Below, in pieces: positions 21,355 through 34,198 of a stretch of DNA of 64,000 nucleotides. This stretch comes from Cyanophora paradoxa CCMP329. Its lineage: Eukaryota > Plantae > Glaucophyta. The stretch's first letter is position 1. Every line of letters starts with the position of its first letter. The notes beneath the pieces were generated by a model, which worked only from the letters and a program-made list of their open reading frames with translations, searched no databases and had not been told where the DNA came from. A program made the position numbers and the translations under genes. The stretch covers positions 18,651 to 82,650 of the forward strand of contig QPMI01000536.1 of NCBI GenBank assembly GCA_004431415.1, in the 5' to 3' direction.

Positions 21355-21672
21355 AGGAGGATATGGGGATGGGGGATGGGGGATGGGAAACCCATCCCCT
21401 TGTACTCGAATAGAAAATTTCAAAAAACAAAAACAAAATTATTTTTCTGAGAAAAATCCCATCCCCCTGACTGGCTCCCATCCCCCTCCCATCCCCCTGA
21501 CCAGATATCGTCACAAATCAACCAAATTTCATACATTTTCCCATCCCCCTGCCATCCCCTCTGCCATCCCTCCCATCCCCTGCCATCCCCTCCGCCATCC
21601 ATCCCACCCCCCTGCCATCCCCTCAAACCACCCTTTTTTACCAGACACTCCCATTCCCCTTCCATCCCCCTG
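21355..21672. repeat. GGGATGG / CCATCCC short-repeat tract downstream of the integrase
   Basis: GGGGATGGGGGATGGGGGATGGG followed by more than 10 CCATCCC copies. Confidence 0.8.
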
Positions 21673-21745
21673 ACTATTCAAGATATCTGTTTAAGAGAAA
21701 ACGTAAAGAAATGAAGAGATGGTTGGCAGTCTTAATTATGGATAG

Positions 21746-21838
21746 AGGCAGGAGAGGCAGGAGGGTAATATGTAAAATCCCACACAAGAGGGGATTCCTT
21801 AGGAAAGTTTACAAATAACCCTCCTGCCTCTCCTGCCT
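21746..21838. repeat. Inverted repeat with 21-bp perfect arms, extending ~10 bp imperfectly
   Basis: AGGCAGGAGAGGCAGGAGGGT (21746-21766) and ACCCTCCTGCCTCTCCTGCCT (21818-21838). Confidence 0.9.
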
Positions 21839-21960
21839 AATTGGTGCCGAATCCAAGCTTCTAATACCCCAGAGGCGGCCAACATACTGGTGCCAAAAAG
21901 ACATGATTAATACCCTAAGACCTGAAATAAATGCTTACTACCCTAGTACCTGAAACGCGC

Positions 21961-22035
21961 ACACATAGGGATACCCCTGATCCAAGCCTGTAGGCCGAAG
22001 GCCGGAGGGCTTGGATCAGGGGTATCCCTATGTGT
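21961..22035. repeat. Perfect 28-bp hairpin near the right end of the virus
   Basis: ACACATAGGGATACCCCTGATCCAAGCC / GGCTTGGATCAGGGGTATCCCTATGTGT; the 19-nt loop contains GGCC-GAA-GGCC. Confidence 0.95.
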
Positions 22036-22079
22036 CAAGTTGACTTAAGCTTGGAATCTATGTATCTAGCGACAAGCTG

Positions 22080-22772
22080 CTACTCGGGGCAGGCGGCGTC
22101 GGCGGGGGAGCCGAAGGTGGAGCGGAAGGCGGCGCCGACGGCGGCGACCATGCGCGCGAGCGCCGCGCTCGGCGCCTCCCGCGCCCACCGCCACCGGAAC
22201 TCCTGCACCGCCCGGGCCTGGTCAGAGCCCGGGGGGACGGGCGGGGCGGCGGGGCGGGGTGGCGGGCCTCGACGGCGGCGACAGCGGCCTCTGGGACCCA
22301 GAAGGCGGCCTCGGCGGCGGGGCCGAGGACGGGGCGGTCGCCCGCGATGGCGTCCCGGTGCGCCAGCACGTGCAGGTCCGCGAAGGAGGGCGCCTCCGGC
22401 GGCAGCAGGTACGACGCCCGCCCGAGCCTGCCGCCCGGTCAGCCCGTCGACGTCAGGCCCCGGCCCCACTGAAAAGGAAGGGCGGCCGCGCGCGCACGCC
22501 TCGCGCCGCAGGTTCTTCATCGCCATCTGCAGCTCTGCGGGGGCCTCAGGGGCGTCCCAGCCGCGGGCCTTCAAGCTTCGCCGCTGGGAAGCTTAAGGGG
22601 AGGGGCGGGCGCGCCCTCGGCGAAGTCCCGCGCCTGGCGGAGCTCCTCGCGCAGCCGGTCGCCCTCGCCGGCCGCCCCCGCCAGCCGCGCCTCCGCCTCC
22701 CGCGCCCGCGCCGCCACCCGCTGCATCTCCACCCCGCCCGCCGCCCGCCCCGACCCCTGGCCGCACCCTGTC
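22080..22772 (-). pseudogene. Degenerate duplicate of the 3' part of the host gene at 42966-44770
   Basis: Near-identical to 42966-43915 (LAHRDAIAGDRPVLGPAAEAAFWVPEAAV, VQEFRWRWAREAPSAALARM). It lacks ~270 bp (about 43335-43606) and all 5' exons. Confidence 0.85.
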
Positions 22773-22916
22773 GCACCACTAGAGGTATCTAGATCTAGAG
22801 CCGGAGGGATTCCAACTGTTGATCATGACACGCAAAAGAGAACGTTTCGCCAAGATGCGCTAATCTACGAGCTGCTGTTATCAACTACTTCAATCTGCGT
22901 CTCTAACGCAATCTTC

Positions 22917-25070
22917 TCAAGGTAAGCTTGAAGCCCCTCCACAAGCTTTTGGCAAGCCTCCTCCACCCCATCGTAGCCCTTTTGCATAGTCCAGTTGACG
23001 CTGCGCAATAGCATCATGTACCGTCAATGTTTCAAGTTTATAATTCAAGATTAAGTGATGAAATGACATTAACCTCGTAAGCATCATCTCGTAGTCGGGT
23101 TTGGAGTGCAGCTCGCCGGGTTCACACAAGAACACGGGGAACTTGGTAATGTGATTGTTGTGCGCGAAATACATTTCGTGATCGCAGTCATGGGATTGAA
23201 GGTAGCTCCGGGAAATAAAGCAGATGAATGCTCGGCTCTCCTTTATAGCCACCTACGGTACGCGTAAACGTATATATATATATGGGTTCGCATTCGAAAT
23301 TCATGATGATCATCGAAATATGATAAGAAAAGCGCGAACCGCGCTCCTTTTCAAATCTTTGCGTGCTTCCTCCTCCTCACTGATCCTGTGATCGCAATTG
23401 AAGGTGCCATTGTTGAACTATCAAAGTTCGCAATAGTTTCGAATCGCTTACCAGATTGTAAACCCTTCGGCTATCAACCGTGAAACATACTTCATGACTA
23501 CCTCCTTATTGAATTGTGCGTAGGAGATGAATGCGTCAAACTTTTTCACGCGCGAGGCCACTGGCACAGGGTGCGCGCCCGCCGTGCGCGTTGCACTTCC
23601 TCCGACTCGCTTTGAATTCTCAGGTGGTCCCTGAGCTGTATCTCCGGAAGCCGCCTTCAGATTAGAATTCGAAATCTGGCGGCCGCGGGAATTCTCGTTA
23701 TGCCATGATGTATTCGATAGGAACCAAAGCTATAGATATTAATTCCAAAGGACTCACGTTCGCGTTGGAGGGAGGTGCGCCAGTGATGCTGATTCCGGTA
23801 AGGTCGGACTGCGGGTCATGCTTCACCCGCAGCTTCCTACGTCGTCGTCGAACCACTACGAGCACGCCAAGAGCCGCTGCGATGAGCGCACAAGCCCCGC
23901 CGGCAGCTGCCCCCGCTGCTGCTGGAACAAGGCTCGAGCTTGAGGAAGCCGGCGTTCCTCGATCGCCCTCAGCCCCTTGCAATTGAGGAGAGGGCCCCGG
24001 GGCCACTTCCGGGGCCGCTGGGGGCAAAAGCGAGTCAGCTGGGAGCGTACGCTGATAACAAACTCGCAGTCACCGGTCACAGCGGAGACGCCGAGAACGG
24101 GAAACTCCGCCCCGAACGCAGTAGCAAGCTCCCCGCTCGCGTTCTTCGCAAGAAGGACCTTTACTACCCCTGACACTGGTCGGTGGGTGCACAGTAAGTA
24201 TACAGAAAAAAGTATAGATGGGCGATTGCTGGCCATGCGGCACCTGATGTTGAACTAATGTTCTCGGCCGGGGAAATCAGCAGCAGGTCCAGAACCGTAC
24301 TCCCTCTGTCGTAGTTTGAGAAGATGCATGAACGAGCGCCTCGCTAAATCAAAACAGAGAAGAAAGCACTCACCGAGACACCCGTTGAACTTGAATGCGA
24401 CTTCTGGGCCACTTGAAAAGAGCGGCAAACGCATCGAGGAAGCGCGATTCAATTTCAGCATTCCATTTCGAGTAATCGAAGTCCAGCCTAATAGTCACCA
24501 AGGCGCTCTGGCAGAGAGTCGTATTCAGATACGTATATACGAGATCGAAATCGATATCCGTGGGCGAAACTGCGGACCGAATCCAATGGTGTGGGCGCAG
24601 GGGTTGATGCAGGCCTCGGGCTCTCTGAAACAGAAGGAGAGGGTACCGGTGTCGTCGACGTGGGGATCGGGAGCAGGATATTGGGGATCGGGCTGGGGCT
24701 GGGGCTTAACAGAAAGATGCTGGGGCTTGAGAGAGAACTTGGCGACGGGCTCGGGCTCGGTGTAAAGGAGGCGCGCTCGGGTGGGCTCGGGCTCGGGCTT
24801 GGCGACGGGCTCGGGTTAAGCGACAAGCTGGGGCTTGGCGACGGGCTGGGGCTGGGCGACGGGCTGGGGTTGATCGACGGGCTCGGGCTAGGGCTTGGGG
24901 TGGGGCTGGGCGACGGGCTGGGGCTGGGGGAAGGGCTCGGGCTGGGCGACGGGCTGGGGCTGGGCGATGGGCTCGGGCTGGGCGACGGGCTGGGGCTGGG
25001 CGATGGGCTCGGGCTCGAGCTTGGGGAGGGGCTGGGCGACGGGCTGGGGCTGGGTGACGGGCTGGGGCTG

Positions 25071-25105
<35 letters not shown>

Positions 25106-28100
25106 TGGGCTCGGGCTTGGGCTCGGGCTTGGGCTCGGGCTTGGGGTGGGGCTGGGCGACGGGCTTGGGGTGGGGCTGGGCGACGGGCTCGGGCTGGGGC
25201 TGGGGCTGGGGCTGGGGCTCGGCGTTGGCGATGGAGTCGGGACTGGAGCAGTCCACAGACGAATGCTTCCATCCGGATCTGACGCGGATGACAGAAACCA
25301 GCTGCCGTTGGGCGCAAATGCCAACGCGTTTATCTTGGCGGTGTGCCAATGCAGAGTGGAGCGCAAAGCGTTTGTTTCATCATTCAAAGCAGCGTTCCAG
25401 ATTTTGATTGTACCGAAGTCATCGCCGGAAACGAGGAATGTCGAGCTTGGAGAGAATGCGACACGCACCACGCGTCCCGCGTGGCCCGAGAGGATGCGAG
25501 CAGGATCCATAGAGCCTAGAGCCGCGCTGGAGAAAAGCCAGACGGTCTTGTCTTCTAAAGCCAGAGCTATGAGCGATCCGTCCGCCGACCATGCAATGTC
25601 GTTGACAGCCGCCATCGTCGCAATCTCTGTGCCTTGGATCAGGGACCCTGAAGAAGGATCGTAAAATCTGTGCGTATGCAAATATTCAGATATAGATTGC
25701 GTATGCAAATATTCAGATATAGATTGCAAATGCTCATAATTACGCACGATACGAGATTTTGATTTGCAACAGCGAGCTTATTTCCAGAAGGAGAGAACAT
25801 TATGCGCGAAAAGATAGCCTCGTTCGCGTTGATGAAAGTATGCTGCTCTCCTGATATTGTTGACCAGACCCTGAACAAAATTAAAACCACATTACGCGAG
25901 ATCGCAAGCTTATGATCGTATCTGTGATTATGATCTTGAGCGGCCGCGGGAGTGCATGCGCATGCCCACCTGATTCCGTCGGACGCAAACGTAGCCAGTT
26001 TAAGGGAATCCCGAGACCACGCCACACCCTGAATAGTTGAAAGATGGCCAGACATTGACAGAAGCACAGCCCCAGTTGAGAAATCAAGCAGTCGAACGGT
26101 TTTGTCTAAACACCCCAGCGCAAGCTCAAGCTTGGAGAGATCGGGTGAGAAGGCTGCTGCTGTGAACGAATACGGAAAATTCGTCTTTCTCGACAAAGCA
26201 GATCCTCCAGACAATGCAGACATGACCCGAACTGAGCTGTCACCATCCGCAGAATAAATCGACTCGCCATCCGCAGACACTGCGATGTCCGATATTGAAC
26301 CGAGGTGGCCGGTAAAGGTGGCCAGAGGCCATCCTTGCTGAGGGCCTGCAAAGCATCCGTTAATTGAATACAAGTGAACGGCTCATATACATCGATATCC
26401 GAACGCACAATCAGACCAGTCGGAGACAGCCCAAATGCGCATCGTTCCTCCATGTTCGCTTGACATCGAAACGAGGAATCTCCCATCGCTAGAGAATGAA
26501 AGTGACGTCACGTGGCCAATGGGATTGGATAAAGAATCGGAGAAAGTGGCGATGCGGAGTCCTGTAGTCATGTTCCAGAGGCGAATTGAGGGAACTGTGC
26601 TCGTGCCATCGGGGGCTTGGCCCAACTCGTCTCCAGATGCAACGATGTCTCCAAACCGAGTCGAAACCGTCGCAAGAGAGAAGATCGCACGCGCATGGCC
26701 AGTCTGGAAGCAGCGAATATTCGCCCAGTCAGAGGTTCCCCACACGCAAATTCGAGGGTTGGTTTCCGAGCCTCCCGTGACCATGTATTGACCTCCACTT
26801 GAGAAAGCGATAGCCATGACACTGGCTCCCGCTTCGTGCCCGACTCCACTCGCTGAACCCACCTCAATTGGATTCAAACTGACGCTGGGGTTGAATAGCC
26901 TACACGCATTACAATTGTCAGCGTCGCGCTATAGCTAGTTTTAATTATAGCGCTGGACGCGTGCGTGCGAATTATCTCACCAAACTGAGCGCGAGCCCCA
27001 CCAAGAAAAGGCCATGTAATGGCCGTCAGGGGTAAATCGCAGCGCCGTGAATCGAGGTCTTGTTTCTGTCGTCATAATAGAGAGTGTCCATGTTGACTCT
27101 CCGTTCGTAAAGTTCCAGAGCCTGCAAAGCGGCCAATTCGGATGCGGAACGAATTCGAATCTGTTATAGTTTGATTCAAATGTGCGTACGAACCGAATCT
27201 GCTTCAGACTACCCCCTAAGAGAGCGGCAATCTTGGATCCATCCTTCGAAATGGAGATGGGACCTTCCTCGAGCTGATAGATTGGAACTGAATCGATCAT
27301 GAATTGCCGGACCTCCTCTCCTGTTACGACAGACACCACTCTTATGAACTTCGACGAAGCTGTCCTATTTCGATAATCACGGCATTGAATGATCATGAGT
27401 CGCAGTGTAAAATGACATGTTTGAAATCACTTTGTGCACCTGTAGGCAATGAATGACCCGTCCTCCGAGAAAACGATCGGGAAAAGGCTAGGCCCCGGCA
27501 GTGATGCCAAACCGGGGTCGTCGCTTGTGGACACGGGAACCGGACTCGAGAATTTGATGTCACGCACACGCGCGAAAGGAGCGGTGCTGTGGAGATAAAG
27601 CCACGTCGCAACAAGCGATCCGCCCGGGCTTATTGCTGCCTGCAGCCCCATGTTGCTGGCGTTGTACAGCAAGCGTCCGAAGTGCATGAGACCAGACAAA
27701 GAGCTCAAGGATGCACGCGCGGGTTGCGACCATAGCGCGGCGCAGGGAGATTGTCCGAACGCTCTGCTCACGGCAAGGGCCGGAGAAAGCAACCAGATCT
27801 GCGTCTCGCCAAGGAAGTGCCCGTAATCATCGTAGTAGTACCCGGTCGATAAAATCCTCTGCTGGCCTTCAGATTCGTAGAGAGAAGTCACGCCAGGATT
27901 CACGTTCGAGGCGTGTGCCTCGACTGACGCCACTTGCGTTCTTGATGCGATGCTCCAGGCGCGGATGAAGCGATCACAAATCAGGACACGTGGCCTATCA
28001 GGGCTAAGCGGATCGCAGCCCCCACCAGTGATGATCATCTGAGCGTCTGGAGTCACTGCGACTTGCAACACGAGTCCCGGTGACGCAATGCTGACGGAGG

Positions 28101-29163
28101 TCCAGTCCGTAGTATTCCAGATGCGCAGGGTTCGGTCAAAGCTGCCAGAGACGAGGAAGCTCCCATCGCTGGCAAATGAAAATCCCCAGATAGCGTCTGT
28201 GTGTCCAGCCAGAACTCTTGACTGAGGACTGGAGAGAACTGATGTCCAAATTCTGATAATGCTCATAATCACGATCGAATGAAATCACGTGCACCGTTGC
28301 AGACCGCTTCACACACCTGACTCGGTAAGATATTCCTTCTAGGTGAGAAGACGCCAAAAATGTGCCATCGGGCGAAAATAACAGGCGGTAGGCTTCAACA
28401 TGATTAGATATTAGCGCTGGTCCAGCGAAGGTAGAGGTGAGATCCCATCCAGCCGCACTCGCGGTCCAGATGCTGTATTTACCGCAAAAATGCAAGTTAG
28501 AAAAAATAAGGTCATAATCAAAATTGAGCAAGCTGCAGCTGCTGCTGGATGCACGCACCGAATGGTGCCATCAGACCAAAGGACCGCCATGAGAACACCG
28601 CTCGATGACGCAGTAGCTGTCACGACATATACATACTGACCAGTGTTGGGAGCTTGCAGTATTACTGAAGAATCGAACTCCACAATTCCGTCTGAAGCTC
28701 GAATTCGATATACCCGCACGATCTCGCGGGTTTCAAGTTGATTTCCGGATACGGACGTGACTAGGAATGCCAGGCGTGTGTCCAGGCTAAACTGTGACGG
28801 CGATACAAAGAAAGCCTCTCCAAAATCATATGGATTTGTATCAATATTTAACTCCGATGGTAGGTCCAACATTTTCCGCAAGCTCACAGCGGAGAACAGC
28901 GCGCTTCCACGGACGAAAAACCTTCCGTCGCGACTGACCGGAACGCCACGGCCAACGTGTGCCACGGTTGTATTCAGGGCCTCGGGATCAGGAGCCGTGA
29001 TTCGAGATATGCTTGCTGCGCAATAACATCAACGGGATAGTGATCATGAAGCGCAAAAATGCGTTCAAACGTTAACGGGCGCGTTCATAGAGAGCTCGCC
29101 TGCTATACAGCTGCTTATGAAGACTGAGAGGCAGATGATCGAGTACGTATACATGCGGTGCAT
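22917..29163 (-). CDS. Multi-exon single-pass receptor 1: signal peptide - multiple WD40 repeats - (SP)n stalk - SEA-like - TM - TIR
   Basis: Signal-like [20 protein letters not shown]40s such as [31 protein letters not shown] and [33 protein letters not shown] tract ~24690-25240, then VSR|[24 protein letters not shown] followed by RRRRRK. Spliced TIR: [10 protein letters not shown]...GFTIW...[30 protein letters not shown]...FPVFL. Confidence 0.85.
25671..25733. repeat. 27-bp tandem repeat (~2.3 copies), probably intronic
   Basis: TGCGTATGCAAATATTCAGATATAGAT twice plus a partial copy. Confidence 0.8.
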
Positions 29164-32100
29164 GCGCCGGCGCAGGCTGCAGTTCCCATGGCCAGTTGCA
29201 ACAGAAACGACTCTCCTATAGCTAGGCCTGCAGCTGCCGCTCTTCAGATTCTCCATCCCTAGCTGATCTGGACTCGCTCACTGCAGTCCCGGCACCAAAC
29301 GTACTACGGTACGCTAGGCCTACACTCACGATCACTTTGCAGCGCTATGCATATGAGCTCATGCGAACACGCATGCAGCAGCCGCTGCTGCGCATGCAGC
29401 TGATCCCATGCATAATTATAATCATATGCATATGCATAAGCCGCGCCGCCGTGTACGTATATACATAATCTCGGGACGGCGTAAACAAGCTGATTTACGG
29501 GACGGACGTACGCTTGAAGGTCCCGCTGATTCGAAGTACGTATACGTATATCGTTTGTCCACGGTAGTGCACGTGCTAATACGGTGCCATAGCTAGCCGT
29601 CGGACTCCGAGCTCGAGGCTCGAACTCACTGCAGCTGCATGATCCTGCATCATCCTGCATGCAGCTGCCAGTGCCTGGCACTGCCTGCCAGTGCTGCCGC
29701 GGTGCTGCCACTCACTGCAGCTGAGTCAGCGGCCGCGCGCGCGCGCGTTTTCACTGACTCGCACAGACTCCCACAGTCTAGTTAGTCACTCAAGCCTGTA
29801 GGCTGTACCGGTAGGCTGGAGCTAGGCCTATATATACTGACTCAAGCCTGTAGGCTGTAGGCTGTAGGCGGTAAGGCTATACCGGTACGGTGACTACTAC
29901 GGTCCGGTAGTGGAAACTGACTCAGTGTCATGACTCACTCAGTGATAATCGGATGTCCGATGATCGATCGTAATTATATAGTGCGGAACTGCAAGCTTAA
30001 GGACGGCTGGAATTGCCGTGGTGTAAAATTGCCGCTTTCGCCCTACTACAGATATAGTGACGAAAATATGGTTCGACAGAATCATATTTTCGTCAGCCCG
30101 CCATAGACGGGTCAGCCGTTAGTACCCCTCTCCATACAAAATTTCAGATCGAGAGATCAAAGTGCAGGTCTGACGAATATAGACGAAATAAAGACGCTGT
30201 CGACGTCGACGTCGAAGATTCCCGGAGTCCCACGTTTACAGTAAGGACTACCAGTACAGTACTAGTGGCACTGGCGGCAGTACTGGTCCAGTACTACTAG
30301 TACCGGTACCGGTAGGCTGCGGTAGCCTGCCAGGCTGGTAGCTGCGGAGCCTGCGGCAGGCTGCACTGCCGCTGCAGGCTGCAGCGCGCAGCTGCAGCCT
30401 GCAGCCTGCAGGCTGCAGGCTGCAACGGTGCCTGGTGCCACCGTGCCAGCGGCAGACGCCGGCGTCGACGTCTAGGGGCGTGGACCGGGTCGGGGGGTCG
30501 GCCCGATCGACCCGACCCGCTCGCCCGGCCGACCCGACCGGGTCGACCCGGGTCGGCCCAGGGGGGGTACTTCGATCCCGCTCTCGACCGAAAGAACACC
30601 GCAAACGTGATGAATTACATCGAAAACGAGCTCCAATGCAGCAGATAAATTATAAAGATGCAATATTTGCAATATCTAGATGCATTATGCGCTCCGGAAA
30701 CGAACTTCTGCTGTTTCGGGGGGGTACGTATATTCCATCAAGCAGCCACGTCCACAGTACATGTACATCTGCATGCATCTAGATCTGTGCGACATATAAG
30801 TGTAATACACATTGTATGTGTTATATAGACGAAGATCTCAGCATTTATTAACACTTCGGCAAGGTGGAGAACGGTCCCCAAGGGTGTACCCAATTGCAAG
30901 ACCCTCCGGCCCGGGTCGACCCGGTTCGGGCCCGGATCGGGTCTGACCCGGGTCGGGAGGTCGGCCCGATCGACCCGCTCGCCTGGCCATGGCCGACCCG
31001 ACCGGGTCGACCCGGGTCGGCCCGGCCCGGTCCACGGTCCTATCGACGACGTCACGCCGCCGGCAGTGCATGCGGCGGTGCGCAGCCGCCGGGCCGGGCG
31101 CCGGCCCGGGGCTGCAGGCCCTGCTGAGGCTGCAGGCTGCAGCCCGCGGCAGGCTGCAGGCTGCGCGGCCGCGCGCAGGCTGCAGCCTGGCAGGCTGCAG
31201 CCTGCAGCCCGGCCGGCGGCTGCAGCCTGCGCGCGCTAAGCTCGTTCAGTGTAATGTTAATTATAATGCATTTTGTAATTTATATATAAATTGTTTTTCG
31301 TGATCATGATTCATGCATGCATGATCATGAATCACCAAATACGATTGAAATTAAATGCGCATGCGTACGGATTAATATGTACCCGGTAATAACTCTACTA
31401 ATGAGCCCACTTATGTTTTAATATTAACGAAAATTTCAAGGGCTTGACTCACTACTGGAGTCACGGACCAATTAAGAATCGGTTCAAGATTCCAAGAATA
31501 GCGCCCATGATTGGCGCATGAATGCAGCATGAATTTGCATGAATGCAGTTGTTGATTGGCACAAGAATCCAGTATGAATTACAAATCACTGACTTGACTC
31601 TGCGAGCTGGACAGCCTGGACTCTACTGTAATTCGGGTAATATTTAAGACCCCAAAATAATTAGTAATCCCGGGGTTTGGTCGGTTTAGTAGGCTGAAAA
31701 TAATTAAGAGTTGGCCGCGCGGACCGCTTTAGTAGCGGCCTTTAGAAGGGGGTGGGCGCGGCGCGCGCTAGGGGTCTAGATCTGTTGGAGCGTCCGAGCG
31801 CCCCCTCGCACTTCAGCTAGCTTCTCCCGCGCTGCAACTACGGCTGCGCTACGTACCCCCCCGCACCTCAGGTTTAGTATACGATAAAACTTTAGTAGTC
31901 GCGCGCCTTAAAACTTTGGTACGTATACTATAAAGATCCAGTATACTAATTGGCAACTTAAAATGCCAATTGGCAGTGTAACTGCCATGCCGTGATGCAG
32001 TGGCACTGCGGCACTTGCCAAGTTGGCTGGGCAGCCTGGGGCCTGGGCGCGGCCTTGCTGCCAAGTTGCTGGCAGAGCCTGCATGCAGCTGGCACTCAGT

Positions 32101-34198
32101 GACTGCCTGGCAGTGCTGGCACTGCTGGCAGAGGCTGCCCCAGTACACGCGCGCGCGGCCCTGCATGCGCCGCTAGCGCTGGCACCGCTGCTGAGGCTGC
32201 GCCCGGCGGGCCGGCGGCGGCCGCCGCGGGCCGGGGCCGGCCGCGGCCTCAGGGCCTGGCCATGGCCAGCTAATGGCAGCTATAGCCGCTGAGCTAGTGG
32301 GCGGCTGTGGCCCGCCGCCCCGGCCCGCCCGTGGGCCCTGCAGCTGCCACTAGCCTGCCAGGCTGGCCGGCCCGGGGGCCCGGCCGCCCGGGGGCCGGGA
32401 CTAGGGCTGGGTCCAGTGAAACCAGTGGAGGGTCGAGGGTCCCACTGCACTGACTCAGTGGAGATTTTGGCTCACTCGCACAAAGAAAATTGTATGGGAC
32501 CAGTGAGCCGGACCTCAGCCAGCGCTGCGTGGGGGGGGTATCCGGCGCCAAAAATTAGGACCCATCCGCCACCTAGCAATTTAGGTGGAACATCGTGGGG
32601 GTACTTACTAAAGTTAACGTCGGAGTGCCGCAGGCCGCGGCGCGAAGGGTGTGCACGTGCAGCGTCGAGAAGCACTGCAATTCTGACAATGCCTGCGTTG
32701 CAAATGACCTCTAAACATATCGAAAGCCCGTGGAAACAGTTCAGGCACGTAGTGCCTTGAAGCTCAGCGAGATTTAGGTCGTTTTTGGTCGTTTTTCGTG
32801 TAAAAGAACACGTACCCCCCACTCACTGGTAGTCACTGAGTGAGTTTGACGCAAAAAGCCCACTGACTGAGTGGACCCGTGGGCTCCACTGAACCCAGCC
32901 CTAGCCGGGACTCGGCACTGACTCGGCACTGAGTCGGCAGGCCCCTGCCAGTCTGCAGGGCCAGTGCAGGGCACTGCAGTCTGCAGGCCCATTTCCCTTA
33001 AAAAATACCGCGGCCCGCGGCCCGCGGGCACTTGCCAGGCTTGATCATCGGATTAACTTAGCAACGCGGTGCCAAATTAACGCGCCACTGGCAAACTCCC
33101 GGAGTCCGGTCGACGTCTCCGCGGCTCACCGCGTTAATTTGGTACCGCGTTAATACTCTGCTCAGCGCTGCTTATAATTATACCGCGTTTGGTTGGTTCA
33201 TACCGACGATGATATGATACCGTACCCCCACGATTGCCGCCCCATTTTGTGCCCAGTAATTTAGTGCCCTACGAGTCTACGACGGGCCTACGAGTCGGAG
33301 GCTACGACGGCCCTACGTATACATGTACGTACTACGTATACAGTACTACGGAGTCTCAGTCTACGGTAGGCTACCGTGGTCCGTGGACCGTGGTACTGCG
33401 GCGCCGGCGACGTCGACGCACTGCGGCACTGCCGCTGCAGTGCAGACTGTGCAGTGGCACTGTGGCAGGCACTGGCAGGCTGTGGGCCTGTGGCAGCTGC
33501 GCAGTGCCGCAGTGCGGCTACCGTACTACTTGTAACCGTAGTACTGCGGGGCGGCAGACGCCGGCAGTGCGGCCCTGTGCGGGGCCACTGCGGGCCGGCC
33601 GCCGGGCCAGTCTTCAACTTCTGGCAAGGCTTCGGCTGCACAGTGACTCGTCAGTGAGTCAGTGACTCTCAGGAGTCTCAGCTGCAGAGTCTCAGTGCAG
33701 CTGCACTGCGCGCGCGGCAGTGCGGCCGCTGAGCGGTTTGCATGCTCATAATGCTCTCAACTTTGGCGACTCGAGAGTTTCTCTCTTAGTTGATTTTAAG
33801 CCGCTAAAGCTACCGGTAGACTGGCGGTAGACTGCCGGTAGTACATCAATTTAGGCTACAGCAACATGCGTATGGCAGCTTGCAATTGCAGTTGCTGAGG
33901 AAAGAACGATCATCGGATCGTCAGTATATACTTATCACGGCAGCAGCTCCGGATCTGAGCTCCTCAGCTTAAGCGTAGCGCTAGCCTAGCTATATTACTA
34001 GTAGGCATCATGCTATAGCTATATGCTTTGCGTCATCATGGCATACTATGATAGATCTAGAATCGCAAGTCGTCAGTGGCTGATCAGAGCGCGCTTCGAT
34101 TCTTGAACAGCTGATCATCAAATATATATGCACTATAGCTAGCGCTAGCTATAGCACTGTGCTCGCTAATCGTACAACATCTTGCATGATCAGGCAAG

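Larger units (their letters stand above)
4232..22066. mobile_element. Endogenous Polinton-like virus / Maverick-type dsDNA virus, left end truncated
   Basis: Abrupt drop in GC and dense intronless ORFs. MCP, two mCPs, A32 ATPase, pPolB, rve integrase and TVpol-SF3 helicase co-occur. Boundaries estimated from composition; no TIR pair or TSD is visible. Confidence 0.93.

Noticed and set aside
4160-22080. Terminal inverted repeats and target-site duplication of the virus
   Set aside because: The left end is truncated inside a gene; no matching ends were found.
24591-25664. GLGLG-rich ORF (also 38730-39230)
   Set aside because: Antisense shadow of the (Ser-Pro)n coding tracts.
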